Source: an uncultured Dehalococcoidia bacterium (GTDB taxonomy: Bacteria; Chloroflexota; Dehalococcoidia; Lucifugimonadales; UBA3495). Taken from it: DNA of 64,000 nt. The stretch is from contig OY282494.1 of assembly GCA_958296385.1 (NCBI GenBank), forward strand, positions 539,925-603,924, written 5' to 3'. The notes beneath the pieces are model-generated. The model ran no database searches. It was given only the letters and a program-made list of their open reading frames with translations, and was not told the DNA's origin. The position numbers were made by a program, and so were the translations under genes. How positions within the stretch are numbered: position 1 is the first letter of the stretch; every line of letters begins with the position of its first letter. This document shows positions 39,347 to 49,511 of this stretch, piece by piece.

Positions 39347-40336
39347 TCAGACTGGTGTGGCGGGGGTGAAGTTGCGCTGTTTTCCCTCGGTTACTCGCCG
39401 GCTTCGGTACACTGCTGCGATGCCGAGCGGCATCAACCTTTCGTGCCTGGGCTCATCCCGCCCGAGTTCTTGCAGTCGCATTACCGATGCTATGGTAGCG
39501 ATGTTGAGCGGACAAATCCAGATGGGCCAGCTGACGTAGATGCCGCGTCTGCGTTCTTGTCTGAACCCGGTGGTTGCTAACCCGGCACCGCTGATTGCGG
39601 TGGGGAACAGCGGCAGCGCTTCAATGGCCAGCCGATTAGCGCCGCGCTCGGTGGTGGCCGGTTTGCTGCTGGGTTCAGCCCAGCGCAAGGCGTACCGGCG
39701 TTCCTCGGCCGGGTCCCATCGCAAACCCAATCTGAGGTCTTTACGCTCCCACGGCTCAAACAGGCTGCGGCGCAGATGCTCGGCGTCGGTCTGCCGTACC
39801 GTTTGCAGCATTGTATCCAGAAAATGCTGGTGACCGGCCCCGGCCATGGTACGCAGGGCCGTGTCCTGAATGTTGCCTTTTTTATCTCGCGTCGTGGTGT
39901 TCTCGCAGCCGAAAGACGTTATGAAATCAGCGAAACGACGGTCTGAGCAAGTGGCTTTACCCTGCGCGGTTTTTGCCAATTCGCGGAATTCATCAGTGCT
40001 GATGGTGAGATTCTTGCCGATGGCCAGCGCGTTGTTGTCGGTGTTGCGCAGGTAGTCTGCCAATCGTTGGGGTAATTCTGCCGGCTCCAGGGCCGTGTTG
40101 CCGGACAGCGTGGGGCGCCATGGGCCGTCATCTTGCTGCCAGCACATCCGCCAATCGGCGGCGGGCTCTATTGCGGTTACGGATTGCAGGGCGCCTACTG
40201 CGGCCAGAAAGCCGAGCAGATTGCCGCCGTCGAGTCCTTTGAGCGCGAACTTGCGTTGTGCCACAGGCTGTTGGGGGTTGCCGTCCGAGTCGGGCGTTGG
40301 CGCAAAGTCAAAGTGGAGCTGTCCGTTGCTAGTCAT
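39347..40336 (-). CDS. Type I-G CRISPR-associated protein, probable short Cas8-like large subunit
   Basis: Overlaps the cas3 stop. LKGLDGGNLLGFLAAVGAL N-terminus and LAIEALPLFP resemble Cas8g/Csx17-type motifs, but it is only 329 aa. Confidence 0.7.
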   Translation of the reverse strand: MTSNGQLHFDFAPTPDSDGNPQQPVAQRKFALKGLDGGNLLGFLAAVGALQSVTAIEPAADWRMCWQQDDGPWRPTLSGNTALEPAELPQRLADYLRNTDNNALAIGKNLTISTDEFRELAKTAQGKATCSDRRFADFITSFGCENTTTRDKKGNIQDTALRTMAGAGHQHFLDTMLQTVRQTDAEHLRRSLFEPWERKDLRLGLRWDPAEERRYALRWAEPSSKPATTERGANRLAIEALPLFPTAISGAGLATTGFRQERRRGIYVSWPIWICPLNIATIASVMRLQELGRDEPRHERLMPLGIAAVYRSRRVTEGKQRNFTPATPV

Positions 40337-43289
40337 CGTGGGTTTCCTCCCATTGGCTGCGGCTCCAGTCGGCGACGCGGAGAATGGCCTCCAGGTAGGC
40401 CAGTCCCCACCAGCCGTACTTGCGCGTCAGACGCCAGTAGCGTTCCGTTACGCCGGAGTCGAGGCGTTCCAGCCCCGTGGGGCCTTGCCCGCGCATGGCC
40501 ACGTCATCGAGTATAAACTCGGCGGCGCGCTTTTCTAAATCGGCCTGGCGAAAGGGGGCAAAGGGGCGGCAATGGCCGTGGTGGCTGGCAATCAGATGCA
40601 GGGCCAGGTCTCTGGCGTCCGGGTCGTCGGGCAGCAGGGCCGGGTTGCTTTCGGCCATCCGAACCGACATCAGCTCGTGACGGACGCGGATGTTGGCGGC
40701 GTTGGGCGATTTGGCAAGCGGCTGCGCGGCGTCGTAGTAAGGATTGCCGCCGTGCATTGCCTGCTGGAACAGGGGGTCGGCCTTGCCGATGTCGTGGAGC
40801 AGGGCGGCGCAGCGAATTGCCGTTAGTTCCGGCCCGTCAATGCCGCACCCTATTGCGTATTGCACTGCCCAATCCGCTACACCGTGGGAATGGTCGGACA
40901 GGAGAACCGTGTTGGCGCGGCGGGAATGGCTAATATCGTTCTCATCATCCGGATGCTCACCCTGCCCGCCGGTTATGGGCAAAGGATGGCGGGGCCGCAA
41001 GACCAGCGAGTGTGCGCTACAAGCGACAATACGGAAACCCACGCTGCGCCGCCGCAGAAATCCGGCGTTTTCGGACAAATATCGGTACCCGGCAGGCAGA
41101 TCCGCATTGGCAAGTAACTGTAGTAATACCTCTACCTCCTCTGCCATTTCCGCTGCGGTTAAATCGGGCCGGCTAATCTCGGACAGAGCATCCCGTACTA
41201 TCTGCGGAGATGCGGGGGCCTCCGGAGCGGCGTCATCGGACGCAACCTGCTGCCAGCTCTGTAAAAGCTCCGGGCTGATGCGCAGCGTAGGCCGGCCGCG
41301 CGCTTTGCGGTTCGTTTCGTCGCCGATGTCCAGCGTTGCCGGGCCGCCCGGCGTATAATCCGGCAAATCGCCGATGCGGTGAAAGTCGCCGGGGTGTCCG
41401 GTGGGGATGACTACAGTATCGCCGGGGGCAATGTCTCGGGGGTTGGCCGTTATGTCATTGCGGACGGTTTGCCCTCCGCGCCACCGGATAACCCGACGGC
41501 TGTTCGGGCTGGTGTTGGCGGGCGGCGGCGCATCGGGATGCTGGCCGGGCGCATCGCCGCTGTCGTCATCTCCGGCGGCGTCGGCCAGCCAGCTGCGGAA
41601 CGCATACAGGGGAACGGGCAGGGTTTCCAAAGAGTTTGGCGGGCAGGCTTGCAGAATCTCGCTGGCCTGGTCGATGCTGTCCAAATCCAGGCCGGCACGC
41701 CAGCACACCTGCACGTCGGCCGGCCGGTCATCTTTACCGTGGAGGTAAGTAGCTACGGACGGAGACGGCCCGGTTTCCGGTTCCGGCCCCGTCTGCGCCC
41801 AGGCGTCAATGTGCGCGGGCAGCATAACGGTGGCGTTCTCCGCCGGCGGATTCAGCCGCTCCTGGGCCTCCGGCGATGTATTCGCCAGCAACTCTGCGAC
41901 GTTGGCGATGGCAAAGTTTATTGCGCCCGACGTGCCGGCCTGTTCGTTCAGCCACTGCCAAGTTGCGCTGATGGCGTTGCCGTATATGGGATCGGGGGTT
42001 TTGGCGTCCACCTGGTCGGCGCGGATGATGATGTGTGCGAGAGCGGTTATATCCCGACCGGTGCGGTTCAGCCGCCCGAAACGCTGGCGCAGGGCGTCCA
42101 GACCGGCGCACTCGGTGACCAGGCCGTCAAAGTCCAGGTCGGCGCCGATTTCCAGCGTTTGGGTGGCCACGGCGATTAGCGGGCGGGCGCCGGCGCGGGT
42201 TTGCGAATCAGCATACGGGCTGACGCGCGCCAGAGTGTGCATGACCTGTTCCCGTTCCTGCTGGCGCATCCGTCCGGTTAAGAGGACGGTTTCGGTTATG
42301 TCATGCTCCCGGATGATGCGATAGGCTGCCCGCGCGGTCGCTACCCGGTTGGCGAAAACTACTGTTGTTGCGATGCCTTGCCCAGTCAAATGCAGTGCGG
42401 CGTCAGCTAACTCTTGCCCTAGTGCGGCGTGGACATCGCTGTTGCGGGGAACCCGTTTTGCCACGGCCAGCGTTGCCGGTTTGGATGCCATTTGCCGGCG
42501 TCCCAGCGGGTGATCGGGGTCAGTCGGCTGCGACGACGTATCGCGAAAATGCCGGCTTTCCGTGATTTCGCCGGGGGGAGTGGCCGACATTATGACGGCC
42601 TGGAACGGCGCACCAGTCGGGTATTCCGTCCATTGGCGATACTTCTGGATGGCCCGGACGGTTTGCAAGAACGGCTGCGCGCAGTGTGCCTCGTCCAGGA
42701 TGATGAGGCTGTCGTTGGCGGCCAGCCCGGCGTGTACCGGCCAGACGCCGCGCCCTTTGCCGTAAGCGCGGAACAGCAGGGCCGAGCCTACCTGGTCAAC
42801 TGTGGTGGTGATAATCGCCGGCTGGCGGGGGTTTCTTTCCCAGCTGCTGGACTGGCGGATGCCGCCGCGCAGCCGGTACACCGCCAGCGGTGGGGCGTTA
42901 CTGCCGCCAGCCAGTAACCGCAGCCGGTCGGCTACGATTTTGACGATGCCATCGCCGGCGTCTGCCAGCTTCCTGGCAAGGGATTCTGCACGGTCGTAGG
43001 TCTGGTCAACGATGTTCCGGCGGTCCACGGTGTAAAACAGACGCCGGGGGTGCGGGCTGGTTTCCTGCTCCGGGTCGACCAGGGCGGCCAGGGCGAACAC
43101 CGCTATGTCCAGGCAGGCCGTCTTGCCGGCGGCGGTGGGCAGATTGACGGCCTCAGGCCATATATTGCCGGCAGACTGCATCACTTGTTCCGCCATACGC
43201 TGCTGCCAGTTGTAGGGTTCGTAGGGCCACAACGCTTGGAAAAACGGCCCGAAATCGGCGGGGGTTAGATTGTCGTTTGCGATGCTCAT
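40329..43289 (-). CDS. cas3: Type I-G Cas3 helicase with C-terminal HD nuclease
   Basis: PYNWQ, LPTAAGKT, TVDQVGSALLFRAYG, DEAH, MSAT, QRFGRLNR, then LSDHS...LLHDIGKAD...RHE...SHHG at the C-terminus; ATG 43289. Confidence 0.95.
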   Translation of the reverse strand: MSIANDNLTPADFGPFFQALWPYEPYNWQQRMAEQVMQSAGNIWPEAVNLPTAAGKTACLDIAVFALAALVDPEQETSPHPRRLFYTVDRRNIVDQTYDRAESLARKLADAGDGIVKIVADRLRLLAGGSNAPPLAVYRLRGGIRQSSSWERNPRQPAIITTTVDQVGSALLFRAYGKGRGVWPVHAGLAANDSLIILDEAHCAQPFLQTVRAIQKYRQWTEYPTGAPFQAVIMSATPPGEITESRHFRDTSSQPTDPDHPLGRRQMASKPATLAVAKRVPRNSDVHAALGQELADAALHLTGQGIATTVVFANRVATARAAYRIIREHDITETVLLTGRMRQQEREQVMHTLARVSPYADSQTRAGARPLIAVATQTLEIGADLDFDGLVTECAGLDALRQRFGRLNRTGRDITALAHIIIRADQVDAKTPDPIYGNAISATWQWLNEQAGTSGAINFAIANVAELLANTSPEAQERLNPPAENATVMLPAHIDAWAQTGPEPETGPSPSVATYLHGKDDRPADVQVCWRAGLDLDSIDQASEILQACPPNSLETLPVPLYAFRSWLADAAGDDDSGDAPGQHPDAPPPANTSPNSRRVIRWRGGQTVRNDITANPRDIAPGDTVVIPTGHPGDFHRIGDLPDYTPGGPATLDIGDETNRKARGRPTLRISPELLQSWQQVASDDAAPEAPASPQIVRDALSEISRPDLTAAEMAEEVEVLLQLLANADLPAGYRYLSENAGFLRRRSVGFRIVACSAHSLVLRPRHPLPITGGQGEHPDDENDISHSRRANTVLLSDHSHGVADWAVQYAIGCGIDGPELTAIRCAALLHDIGKADPLFQQAMHGGNPYYDAAQPLAKSPNAANIRVRHELMSVRMAESNPALLPDDPDARDLALHLIASHHGHCRPFAPFRQADLEKRAAEFILDDVAMRGQGPTGLERLDSGVTERYWRLTRKYGWWGLAYLEAILRVADWSRSQWEETHDD

Positions 43290-43306
43290 TCCGTTATCGC
43301 TCACTC

Positions 43307-44725
43307 TCACGCGGGGCGGCACAGGCCATAGCCCCGGTAGCGTCCGCTGCCGAGTATGACTGGCCCGCGCACCGGCGCGTCGAATATGATGGTGGCGTGG
43401 GTGTGCTGCCATTCGCCGTTGCCGCCCTGGTCGCTGCGGCGGCGCAGCCGGGGGAACTCCCGCGCCGGCGGGACGCCTTCCAGCATTGACACCGGGCCCA
43501 ACGCCACCGCAACGGGCGAGGGCAAGCCGATACGCCGGCACTGCTCGGCAACGTTCTCACGCTCCAGCCGGGCTTTGTCCGGCCCTTTGTAGTAGCGGTC
43601 AAGGGTCACCGGGGTTACGGTGTGCCAAGTATCGGATGGACGCGTCCAGGTGTCGGCTTGCAGATTATGTCGCGCCGGCTGACGGGCGCTTGACTCCGGC
43701 TGGCGCAGCGTTGCCTCGTTCCACCGGCCGCGCATTATTTGGTGCGATTTCAGTTCGCCATTCGTTTCATAGCCGAGGAGATTGTGGAAAAGACGGTTTG
43801 CTTCTGCGTCGGGTACAGTGCGGGGCAGGGCAATCGCCAGCCCCATAACGCGCCCGTTGGCGTGTTGACGCCCGACGAAAGGCAGCGGTATCAGGGCAAC
43901 GTGGGGACTCTCGCTGCGCCCGCCGTCCGGGGTATGGCCGCTAATCCATTCCGGCAGCGGTTCCGGGCATTGGGCCAGAATCAGATTGCGAAAGGCGGCG
44001 GTGAGCTGGCCGGCTGCTCGTAAATCCAGGCCGGCGCCGGTGGCCTCAAACACTATCAGACGGTCGGTGAAAACGCTGTGCGGGCGCTCCGTGGTATCTG
44101 CGGCGCCGGCGCGGAGATAGCCTACCCAACGCCGCGCCTCCGGCCGCTGGCCACTCGCGTAGGTGGTGGACAGGTCGTCGAGCCGGCCGTCGTAGGGGAC
44201 ACGCATCTGGTAGCCGCCCGGCCCGGCTGCCGGCCGCCAGTTTGCGGGGGGCGGGTTGTCGTCAACCCACGCTTGCGCCAGCGATGACGAATGCCCTACG
44301 CTGGTGAGGCTGGCGGTGAGCCGTTGCAATGCGGGCAGATGCTCGGCCGGGTCGGCATCCGGCCAAATGATATGCGCGGTGGGGTTGTCCAGTGTCGCAG
44401 TGGCGAATTGACGAGGCTGCCGGCTGCGACTTTCCGGCAATAGCTGCCGGCGTTGCGCCGGAGGGCGGTCGTCATTCACCGGGACATAGTGCCGGACTGC
44501 TTGCCGGGTCTGGCACTCGCCGGCGGCCAGGGACGGCGTGGCTTGGCTTTCCAGCCAGCGCAGCGCCTGTTCGGCGTCGGCATCCTGGCCGGTTTCACCC
44601 CAGGCGGCCACCAGCGCCATAAACACCCGGTCGGGATGCGGGGGCCATTCTACGGCCCCGCCGGGCGAGCCGTAAGTGGATGCCGCGACACGGCCATTCA
44701 GGTAGTTGATTGCGATGGCAAACAT
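43307..44725 (-). CDS. csb2: Type I-G Csb2 (Cas5-Cas6 fusion)
   Basis: EWPPHPDRVFMALVA, HYVPVND, WISGH, TVTPV, terminal G-loop GPVILGSGRYRGYGLC; ATG overlaps the cas7 stop. Confidence 0.93.
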   Translation of the reverse strand: MFAIAINYLNGRVAASTYGSPGGAVEWPPHPDRVFMALVAAWGETGQDADAEQALRWLESQATPSLAAGECQTRQAVRHYVPVNDDRPPAQRRQLLPESRSRQPRQFATATLDNPTAHIIWPDADPAEHLPALQRLTASLTSVGHSSSLAQAWVDDNPPPANWRPAAGPGGYQMRVPYDGRLDDLSTTYASGQRPEARRWVGYLRAGAADTTERPHSVFTDRLIVFEATGAGLDLRAAGQLTAAFRNLILAQCPEPLPEWISGHTPDGGRSESPHVALIPLPFVGRQHANGRVMGLAIALPRTVPDAEANRLFHNLLGYETNGELKSHQIMRGRWNEATLRQPESSARQPARHNLQADTWTRPSDTWHTVTPVTLDRYYKGPDKARLERENVAEQCRRIGLPSPVAVALGPVSMLEGVPPAREFPRLRRRSDQGGNGEWQHTHATIIFDAPVRGPVILGSGRYRGYGLCRPA

Positions 44726-45957
44726 CAATCCTGCTCCGGCGATTGGACGTCCAAATCCTGGCTGCGCTTTACCAGTTCCATCAGTTCGTCCGAAGGTACA
44801 AGGGATATGATGCTTTCCCAAGGCAGGCCGCTGCTTTTAGCCGCGTCAATGGCGGCGTTGAGCAGTTGCAGGGCGGACGTTTCGTCCAGCGGAAATACGG
44901 CGGGCGGCTGGCCGGGCTGTTTCAACAGTTCCCAGACCACCGGATTCTGGGGAATTAGATGGCAGCGGGAACGCAGGTCGGTATCGGTGCGGGCCAGCGT
45001 GCCGGCGGCCAACCCCAGCGCGGCCAGAACGGTACGAGCGGCAACATCAACGGCGGCGTCGGAATCTACGGCACCATTCAAGGGAAAGCGCAGGCGGCGG
45101 ATTACGGCCAGCGACAGCGTGGTGGTTTGCACGGCCTCGCTGATGGTAAAGCCGCCGTCAGAAATAGCCGGCGTTACATTGCCGTGGTTTGCTTTTGACG
45201 GATTTCCGGGGTTGCCTTTGTCATTATCTCTGGGATTATACGCCTTGGGTTTGTTCCTTTCTGAAAGGGCTTCATTTTCGGACAAAGTCCAGTCAGGAGA
45301 TACGTCGTTTTGCAACGCGCGTTCATACAAAGTGCCCGCTTGGATGCTGATCGAGGCCGGGTCAATCCGGCTGGCGGTTTTCTTGCCCGGTACGGCGTTG
45401 TGGCCGACAATTTCCGAGGTTATGGCTCGCTGAAACTTGACGCCTGCGCCACCTCTGGGGCCGGTGGAATCCCAAAAGCCGAACAGCAGCGCGGTAGGGC
45501 AGATGCCGAATATGCCGGCGGCGTTGTCAATGCGGGCGTGGTCCAGCAGCTTGCCGGTGTCGGAGGCGCGGAACATCTTGCCGTCCAAACGGCTGTCCCG
45601 GAACAGGGCGTCGGCGATGCGGTGCGGCGCTTCCAGGCTGGTCACCGTGAACTTACGGGGCAGGTCGTTCCGGTCAAACTGTACTTCCAACAAAGGCAAG
45701 TTGACGCGCCCGGAACGGCGGGACGCCAGCAACGCCAGTTCCATACGGTTGGCTTGGCTGGCTACGGAATCCAGCAGTACGCACTCCCTGATTTCTCCGG
45801 TATCAGGATTGATGCGCTGCTCGGTAGCATACTGCCCGCCTTCGTAGGTAGGTGGGAATACTTTATCGCCGGGCCCGCCGGCCGGCTGGTATTTGGTGAT
45901 ACAGCGGAAAGCGGCGGCGTTGCTGGCAACCGCTTCCCGGAGGGTTTGTATGTCCAT
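44725..45957 (-). CDS. cas7: Type I-G Cas7 (Csb1)
   Basis: QPAGGPGDKVFPPTY, LLDSVASQANRME, APHRIAD, LLFGFWDS, DLRSRCHL. Confidence 0.94.
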   Translation of the reverse strand: MDIQTLREAVASNAAAFRCITKYQPAGGPGDKVFPPTYEGGQYATEQRINPDTGEIRECVLLDSVASQANRMELALLASRRSGRVNLPLLEVQFDRNDLPRKFTVTSLEAPHRIADALFRDSRLDGKMFRASDTGKLLDHARIDNAAGIFGICPTALLFGFWDSTGPRGGAGVKFQRAITSEIVGHNAVPGKKTASRIDPASISIQAGTLYERALQNDVSPDWTLSENEALSERNKPKAYNPRDNDKGNPGNPSKANHGNVTPAISDGGFTISEAVQTTTLSLAVIRRLRFPLNGAVDSDAAVDVAARTVLAALGLAAGTLARTDTDLRSRCHLIPQNPVVWELLKQPGQPPAVFPLDETSALQLLNAAIDAAKSSGLPWESIISLVPSDELMELVKRSQDLDVQSPEQD

Positions 45958-46062
45958 TATGGTATTCTCCAAGTTGGGAATTTGCCGAGTTAGTAAAGCC
46001 GAACAATTGTTCACTGGCATTTTAGGCCGATTGGCACTTTTCGTCAAACTCGGAGCACGCTG

Positions 46063-46359
46063 TCAAACCACCAATACCTCCCGCTCCGCCGGTTTCAGCT
46101 GGCGGCCCAGCGCCTTGACCACGTTGCTGCCCCGGCCGGTTGCCGGCCCGATGTCAATTATCAGCACCCGGTCCTCTTTCAGATTGATTAGCTCGGTTAG
46201 CGCTTCCTCCATCAGAACCCGCTCTTTGGCTGAAAGGTCGCAGGCAAAAACCGAGTACTGCAATGGGTCGCCAAACCCGTTCATCTTGCGGTGCACCCGC
46301 CGCAGCCGGGCCGGGTCGCTGACGTCATAGGCTACGATGTGACGGTTTCGCATCGTCAT
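46063..46359 (-). CDS. cas2: CRISPR-associated endoribonuclease Cas2
   Basis: IVAYDVSDPARLRRVHRKMNGFGDPLQYSVFAC. Confidence 0.95.
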   Translation of the reverse strand: MTMRNRHIVAYDVSDPARLRRVHRKMNGFGDPLQYSVFACDLSAKERVLMEEALTELINLKEDRVLIIDIGPATGRGSNVVKALGRQLKPAEREVLVV

Positions 46360-46858
46360 TCACGGCGAAATAGACCCGCGCCGCCGCGCCCTCGGTGCCC
46401 AGCAGCCTCGGCATACCGTCCGCCCGGGCGGCATTGGCCGCCAGTCGTTCCAGCTCGCTGATGGCCGGGGCTGGCGCGGCCGGATGGTTGCGCCGCAGCA
46501 TTACCCGGCTTCGTAGGCGTTGCCGGGAACATCAGAGACGGCGCCGCGCTTGTAGTCCACCGGCGTAGCGTATTTGCCGTCTGCTTCCACTAGGTCAATG
46601 CGGACGATTGCGCCGAGCGTTTCATCGGAAATAGTGACGGCACGGGCGTGAATTTCATCTGCATCGCCGGCGTCGTCATCCGGCGCAGGCAAGGCCAGAC
46701 TGCCGGCGGGCCGGTCAACGCGCCGGTGCTGGAAACGCCCGTCGACGGTATCGGCGCTGTGCGCGAACTCGCCTTGTACCCATTCAAAGACGGAGGCAAT
46801 AGGCAAACTCGTTCAGCATCCTCGCCGGGACCAGTTCCGGTATAGCCGTGGCGGTCAT
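46340..46858 (-). pseudogene. cas1: Remnant of cas4-cas1 fusion (frameshift plus large internal deletions)
   Basis: MTATAIPELVPARMLNEFAYCLRL* shifts frame to EWVQGEF...RIDLVE...PVDYKRG (Cas4). It then jumps to LLRRNH...LLGTEGAAARVYF (Cas1 middle) and runs directly into cas2. About 0.5 kb in total. Confidence 0.88.
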
Positions 46859-47354
46859 GCTGGATCCGCGCCCGGGGTGATAGTCTGCCCCGGCGATGAT
46901 AGGCCGTTGCCGGGTGCGCAGTTTCATGCGTTATGTTAGCATAGTCGCACGAACGGAGGGGCCGCAGTAGCAACTGCGGACGGCGTCAATCCGGAGGGGC
47001 GGGTACGTCGTCAGTGTCTTACGCAATCCCGGCCATACAAGCGTCGGTTTCGGTAAGACGGCGGTACGTTGGACAGCACACCGCAGGCTTTTGCGCGGGC
47101 CTGAAAACTAGTGAACTGCCCTTTACGTGAATCGGCGCCGTTGGTATTCTTGGCGGCAATCGTGACGTAGGTGAAGCACCGTGTTCAATAGCAGGACATA
47201 GACGCCCAGAGGCGAGCGGAAAGCTTGCTGACCAGTGGTGTTGGGACGCTACTCGCTGCCGCCTCGGTTGGTGTTACGCTCTACGAATATCACGGTTCCA
47301 AGCGCACGGTTGCCGGGTGTGGCGTGGCGAAACTATTTTTGAGGAGCGGGCGAT

Positions 47355-47672
47355 ATGACATTTGGACAAGCAATCACGCAGGCCCGCCGGGACAAGAAGT
47401 TGAGCCAGAAGCAGGTAGCGGCCGGAACCCGGAAAGAAGACGGGCAGGCCATCTCCGCTCAATACCTGAACGATATTGAGCATGACCGGCGCAACCCGCC
47501 TGGCGAACATATCGTTCGCCAGTTGGCGAATACACTGGACTTGGAGCTGGACTATCTGCTGTTTCTGGCCGGGAGATTTCCCTCGGACGTGCTGGAACTG
47601 TCTCGTGATGAGGAAGGCATCAAAACGGCCATGAGAGCTTTTCGAAGCAGCCTGAGGGAGCAAAGCCGATGA
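47355..47672 (+). CDS. XRE-family HTH regulator (CapH-like)
   Basis: TFGQAITQARRDKKLSQKQVA...ISAQYLNDIEHDRRNPP. Confidence 0.9.
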   Translation: MTFGQAITQARRDKKLSQKQVAAGTRKEDGQAISAQYLNDIEHDRRNPPGEHIVRQLANTLDLELDYLLFLAGRFPSDVLELSRDEEGIKTAMRAFRSSLREQSR

Positions 47673-48388
47673 GATGGGTCAAAGATACGACCGGGCGGTT
47701 CCCGGTGCGACCGTACTATCCCCAGGAAGACCTGGATAGTCTGAGTGAAGAATGGATTATTGGCTTCCTGTGCGAGCGGTACGGCGAGGCTGAGTTCCCG
47801 GTGTCCACTGCGGACCTGACCGTTATGATCGAGTGCGATACTTCCGACCTGGACCAGTACGCCGATCTCAGCGCGGAGGGTGGGGAAGAGGTAGAGGTGC
47901 AGGGATTGACCCTGTTTTATCCGGATAGGAAACCCGAGGTGAAAATTGATCAGGAATTGGCCGATGCAGATTACCGGGAGCATCGGCTGCGGACGACCCT
48001 TACCCACGAGTTCGCCCACGTAAAGTTGCACGCGCGGCTGTGGCCGTTCGATCAGCCAAGGCTTTTCACTGATGCAGAGGAAGCGTCCGGGCCTATGTGC
48101 AAAAGGCCGGGAGACATCGGGGGATACGGCTCTGACTGGATGGAGTGGCAGGCCGGTTACGTGTCAGGGGCCATCCTGATGCCGATTACTCGGCTAAAGC
48201 AGTTAGTCCATGCGACCTTTGACGCATGGGGAGCATTCGGAGCAATACCAACCGCGTCCGTCAAAGGAACGGCTCTCATTGCCAGGGTAGCGGGGCAGTT
48301 TGAAGTTTCGAATGATGCCGCGCGGGTAAGGCTGGCGCAATTGGGTTACTTGACGGGCGGGCCTGAGGGACGGCCGCTGGGATTTTGA
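47669..48388 (+). CDS. ImmA/IrrE-family Zn metallopeptidase (CapP-like)
   Basis: RLRTTLTHEFAH (HExxH), EWQAGYVSGAILMP, FEVSNDAARVRL; ATGA-coupled to the HTH gene. Confidence 0.9.
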   Translation: MRWVKDTTGRFPVRPYYPQEDLDSLSEEWIIGFLCERYGEAEFPVSTADLTVMIECDTSDLDQYADLSAEGGEEVEVQGLTLFYPDRKPEVKIDQELADADYREHRLRTTLTHEFAHVKLHARLWPFDQPRLFTDAEEASGPMCKRPGDIGGYGSDWMEWQAGYVSGAILMPITRLKQLVHATFDAWGAFGAIPTASVKGTALIARVAGQFEVSNDAARVRLAQLGYLTGGPEGRPLGF

Positions 48389-48459
48389 TAAAAGGCTTGC
48401 ATTTTTTTGCCGGCTATAATACGCTGATTAGCGTATCCGCTGATTCAGGTTTCTATGCT

Positions 48460-49494
48460 GTGAATGCAGAACTCGAAAAACCAATCCGCAGGTCGGACAC
48501 GATCCTGCAAACCCGCCGTGAACTTTTGCCCTGGCCCGACGATGCCACGTTCAAGATTTTGTCCCTAGACGGCGGCGGTATAAAGGGTATTTTTCCGGCG
48601 GGTATCCTGACTTACCTGGAAGAGCAGTGCCTGGGCGGTCAGCCTATCGGGGGCTATTTCGACCTGATTACCGGCACCTCTACCGGCGGCATCATAGCTC
48701 TCGGATTGGGCGCTGGAATGACGGCTCGTTCCCTGTTGGATTTGTATGTTAATGAGGGCCGCCACGTATTCCCGCCGCAGCAACGCGCCGGCGGACCGTT
48801 GCCGTGGCTGCGTAATCTGTTTCGCAATCGATATGACCGGGCCGCTCTGGACGAATTGCTTCGTCAGACTTTGGGGGCAAAAACGCTTCGGGAATCCAGG
48901 TATCGGTTGCTGATACCGGCAACCGAGGGTAAGCATGGCGATCCTGCGGTGTACAAAACGCCGCACCATCCCGGGTATTTTCTGGACGGCGACAAGCCCA
49001 TGGCCGAAGTGGCCGCCGCGACGTCTGCGGCGCCTACCTACCTGAAGCCGATGGTACAGGACGGGTACATCCTGCTGGACGGGGGCATCTGGGCTAACAA
49101 CCCAACCATGATGGGCCTGGTCGAAGCTTTGACCTGCTTTACGGTGCAGCGGGAGAACATTGCGATACTGAGTATTGGGTGTGGGCAGGACGACTTTCGG
49201 ATTGACCGCAAGCAGGCGGCCGGAGCCGGGCAATACCAATGGCGCAAAATAATCGAAGTGGCCATGCACTACCAATCCCTGACGGCCGTCAACCAAGCCG
49301 GGCTGTTAATTGGCCGTGATAAGGTTACGCGGCTGGACAGGCCGGCGGGCGCGGAGCGCGTTGACCTGGACGATTGGACGAAGGCCAGACGGCTGCTGCC
49401 GGAGGAGGCGTCTGCTGTCGCAGAACAATATGCCGACCGGATAGCCGGGACGTTTTTTACCCAGACTGCGGCGCCCTTCACGCCGCTGGCATAG
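48460..49494 (+). CDS. capV: CBASS patatin-like phospholipase effector
   Basis: ILSLDGGGIKG, GTSTG, TSAAPTY, DGGIWANNP, VYKTPHH; directly upstream of the CD-NTase. GTG 48460 is the likely start. Confidence 0.9.
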   Translation: MNAELEKPIRRSDTILQTRRELLPWPDDATFKILSLDGGGIKGIFPAGILTYLEEQCLGGQPIGGYFDLITGTSTGGIIALGLGAGMTARSLLDLYVNEGRHVFPPQQRAGGPLPWLRNLFRNRYDRAALDELLRQTLGAKTLRESRYRLLIPATEGKHGDPAVYKTPHHPGYFLDGDKPMAEVAAATSAAPTYLKPMVQDGYILLDGGIWANNPTMMGLVEALTCFTVQRENIAILSIGCGQDDFRIDRKQAAGAGQYQWRKIIEVAMHYQSLTAVNQAGLLIGRDKVTRLDRPAGAERVDLDDWTKARRLLPEEASAVAEQYADRIAGTFFTQTAAPFTPLA

Positions 49495-49511
49495 TGCCAA
49501 GGAGCTAGAAA

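Noticed and set aside
47225-47479. 84-aa ORF upstream of the HTH gene
   Set aside because: It overlaps the HTH gene out of frame, has no recognisable motif, and the HTH ATG has its own GAGGAG RBS.
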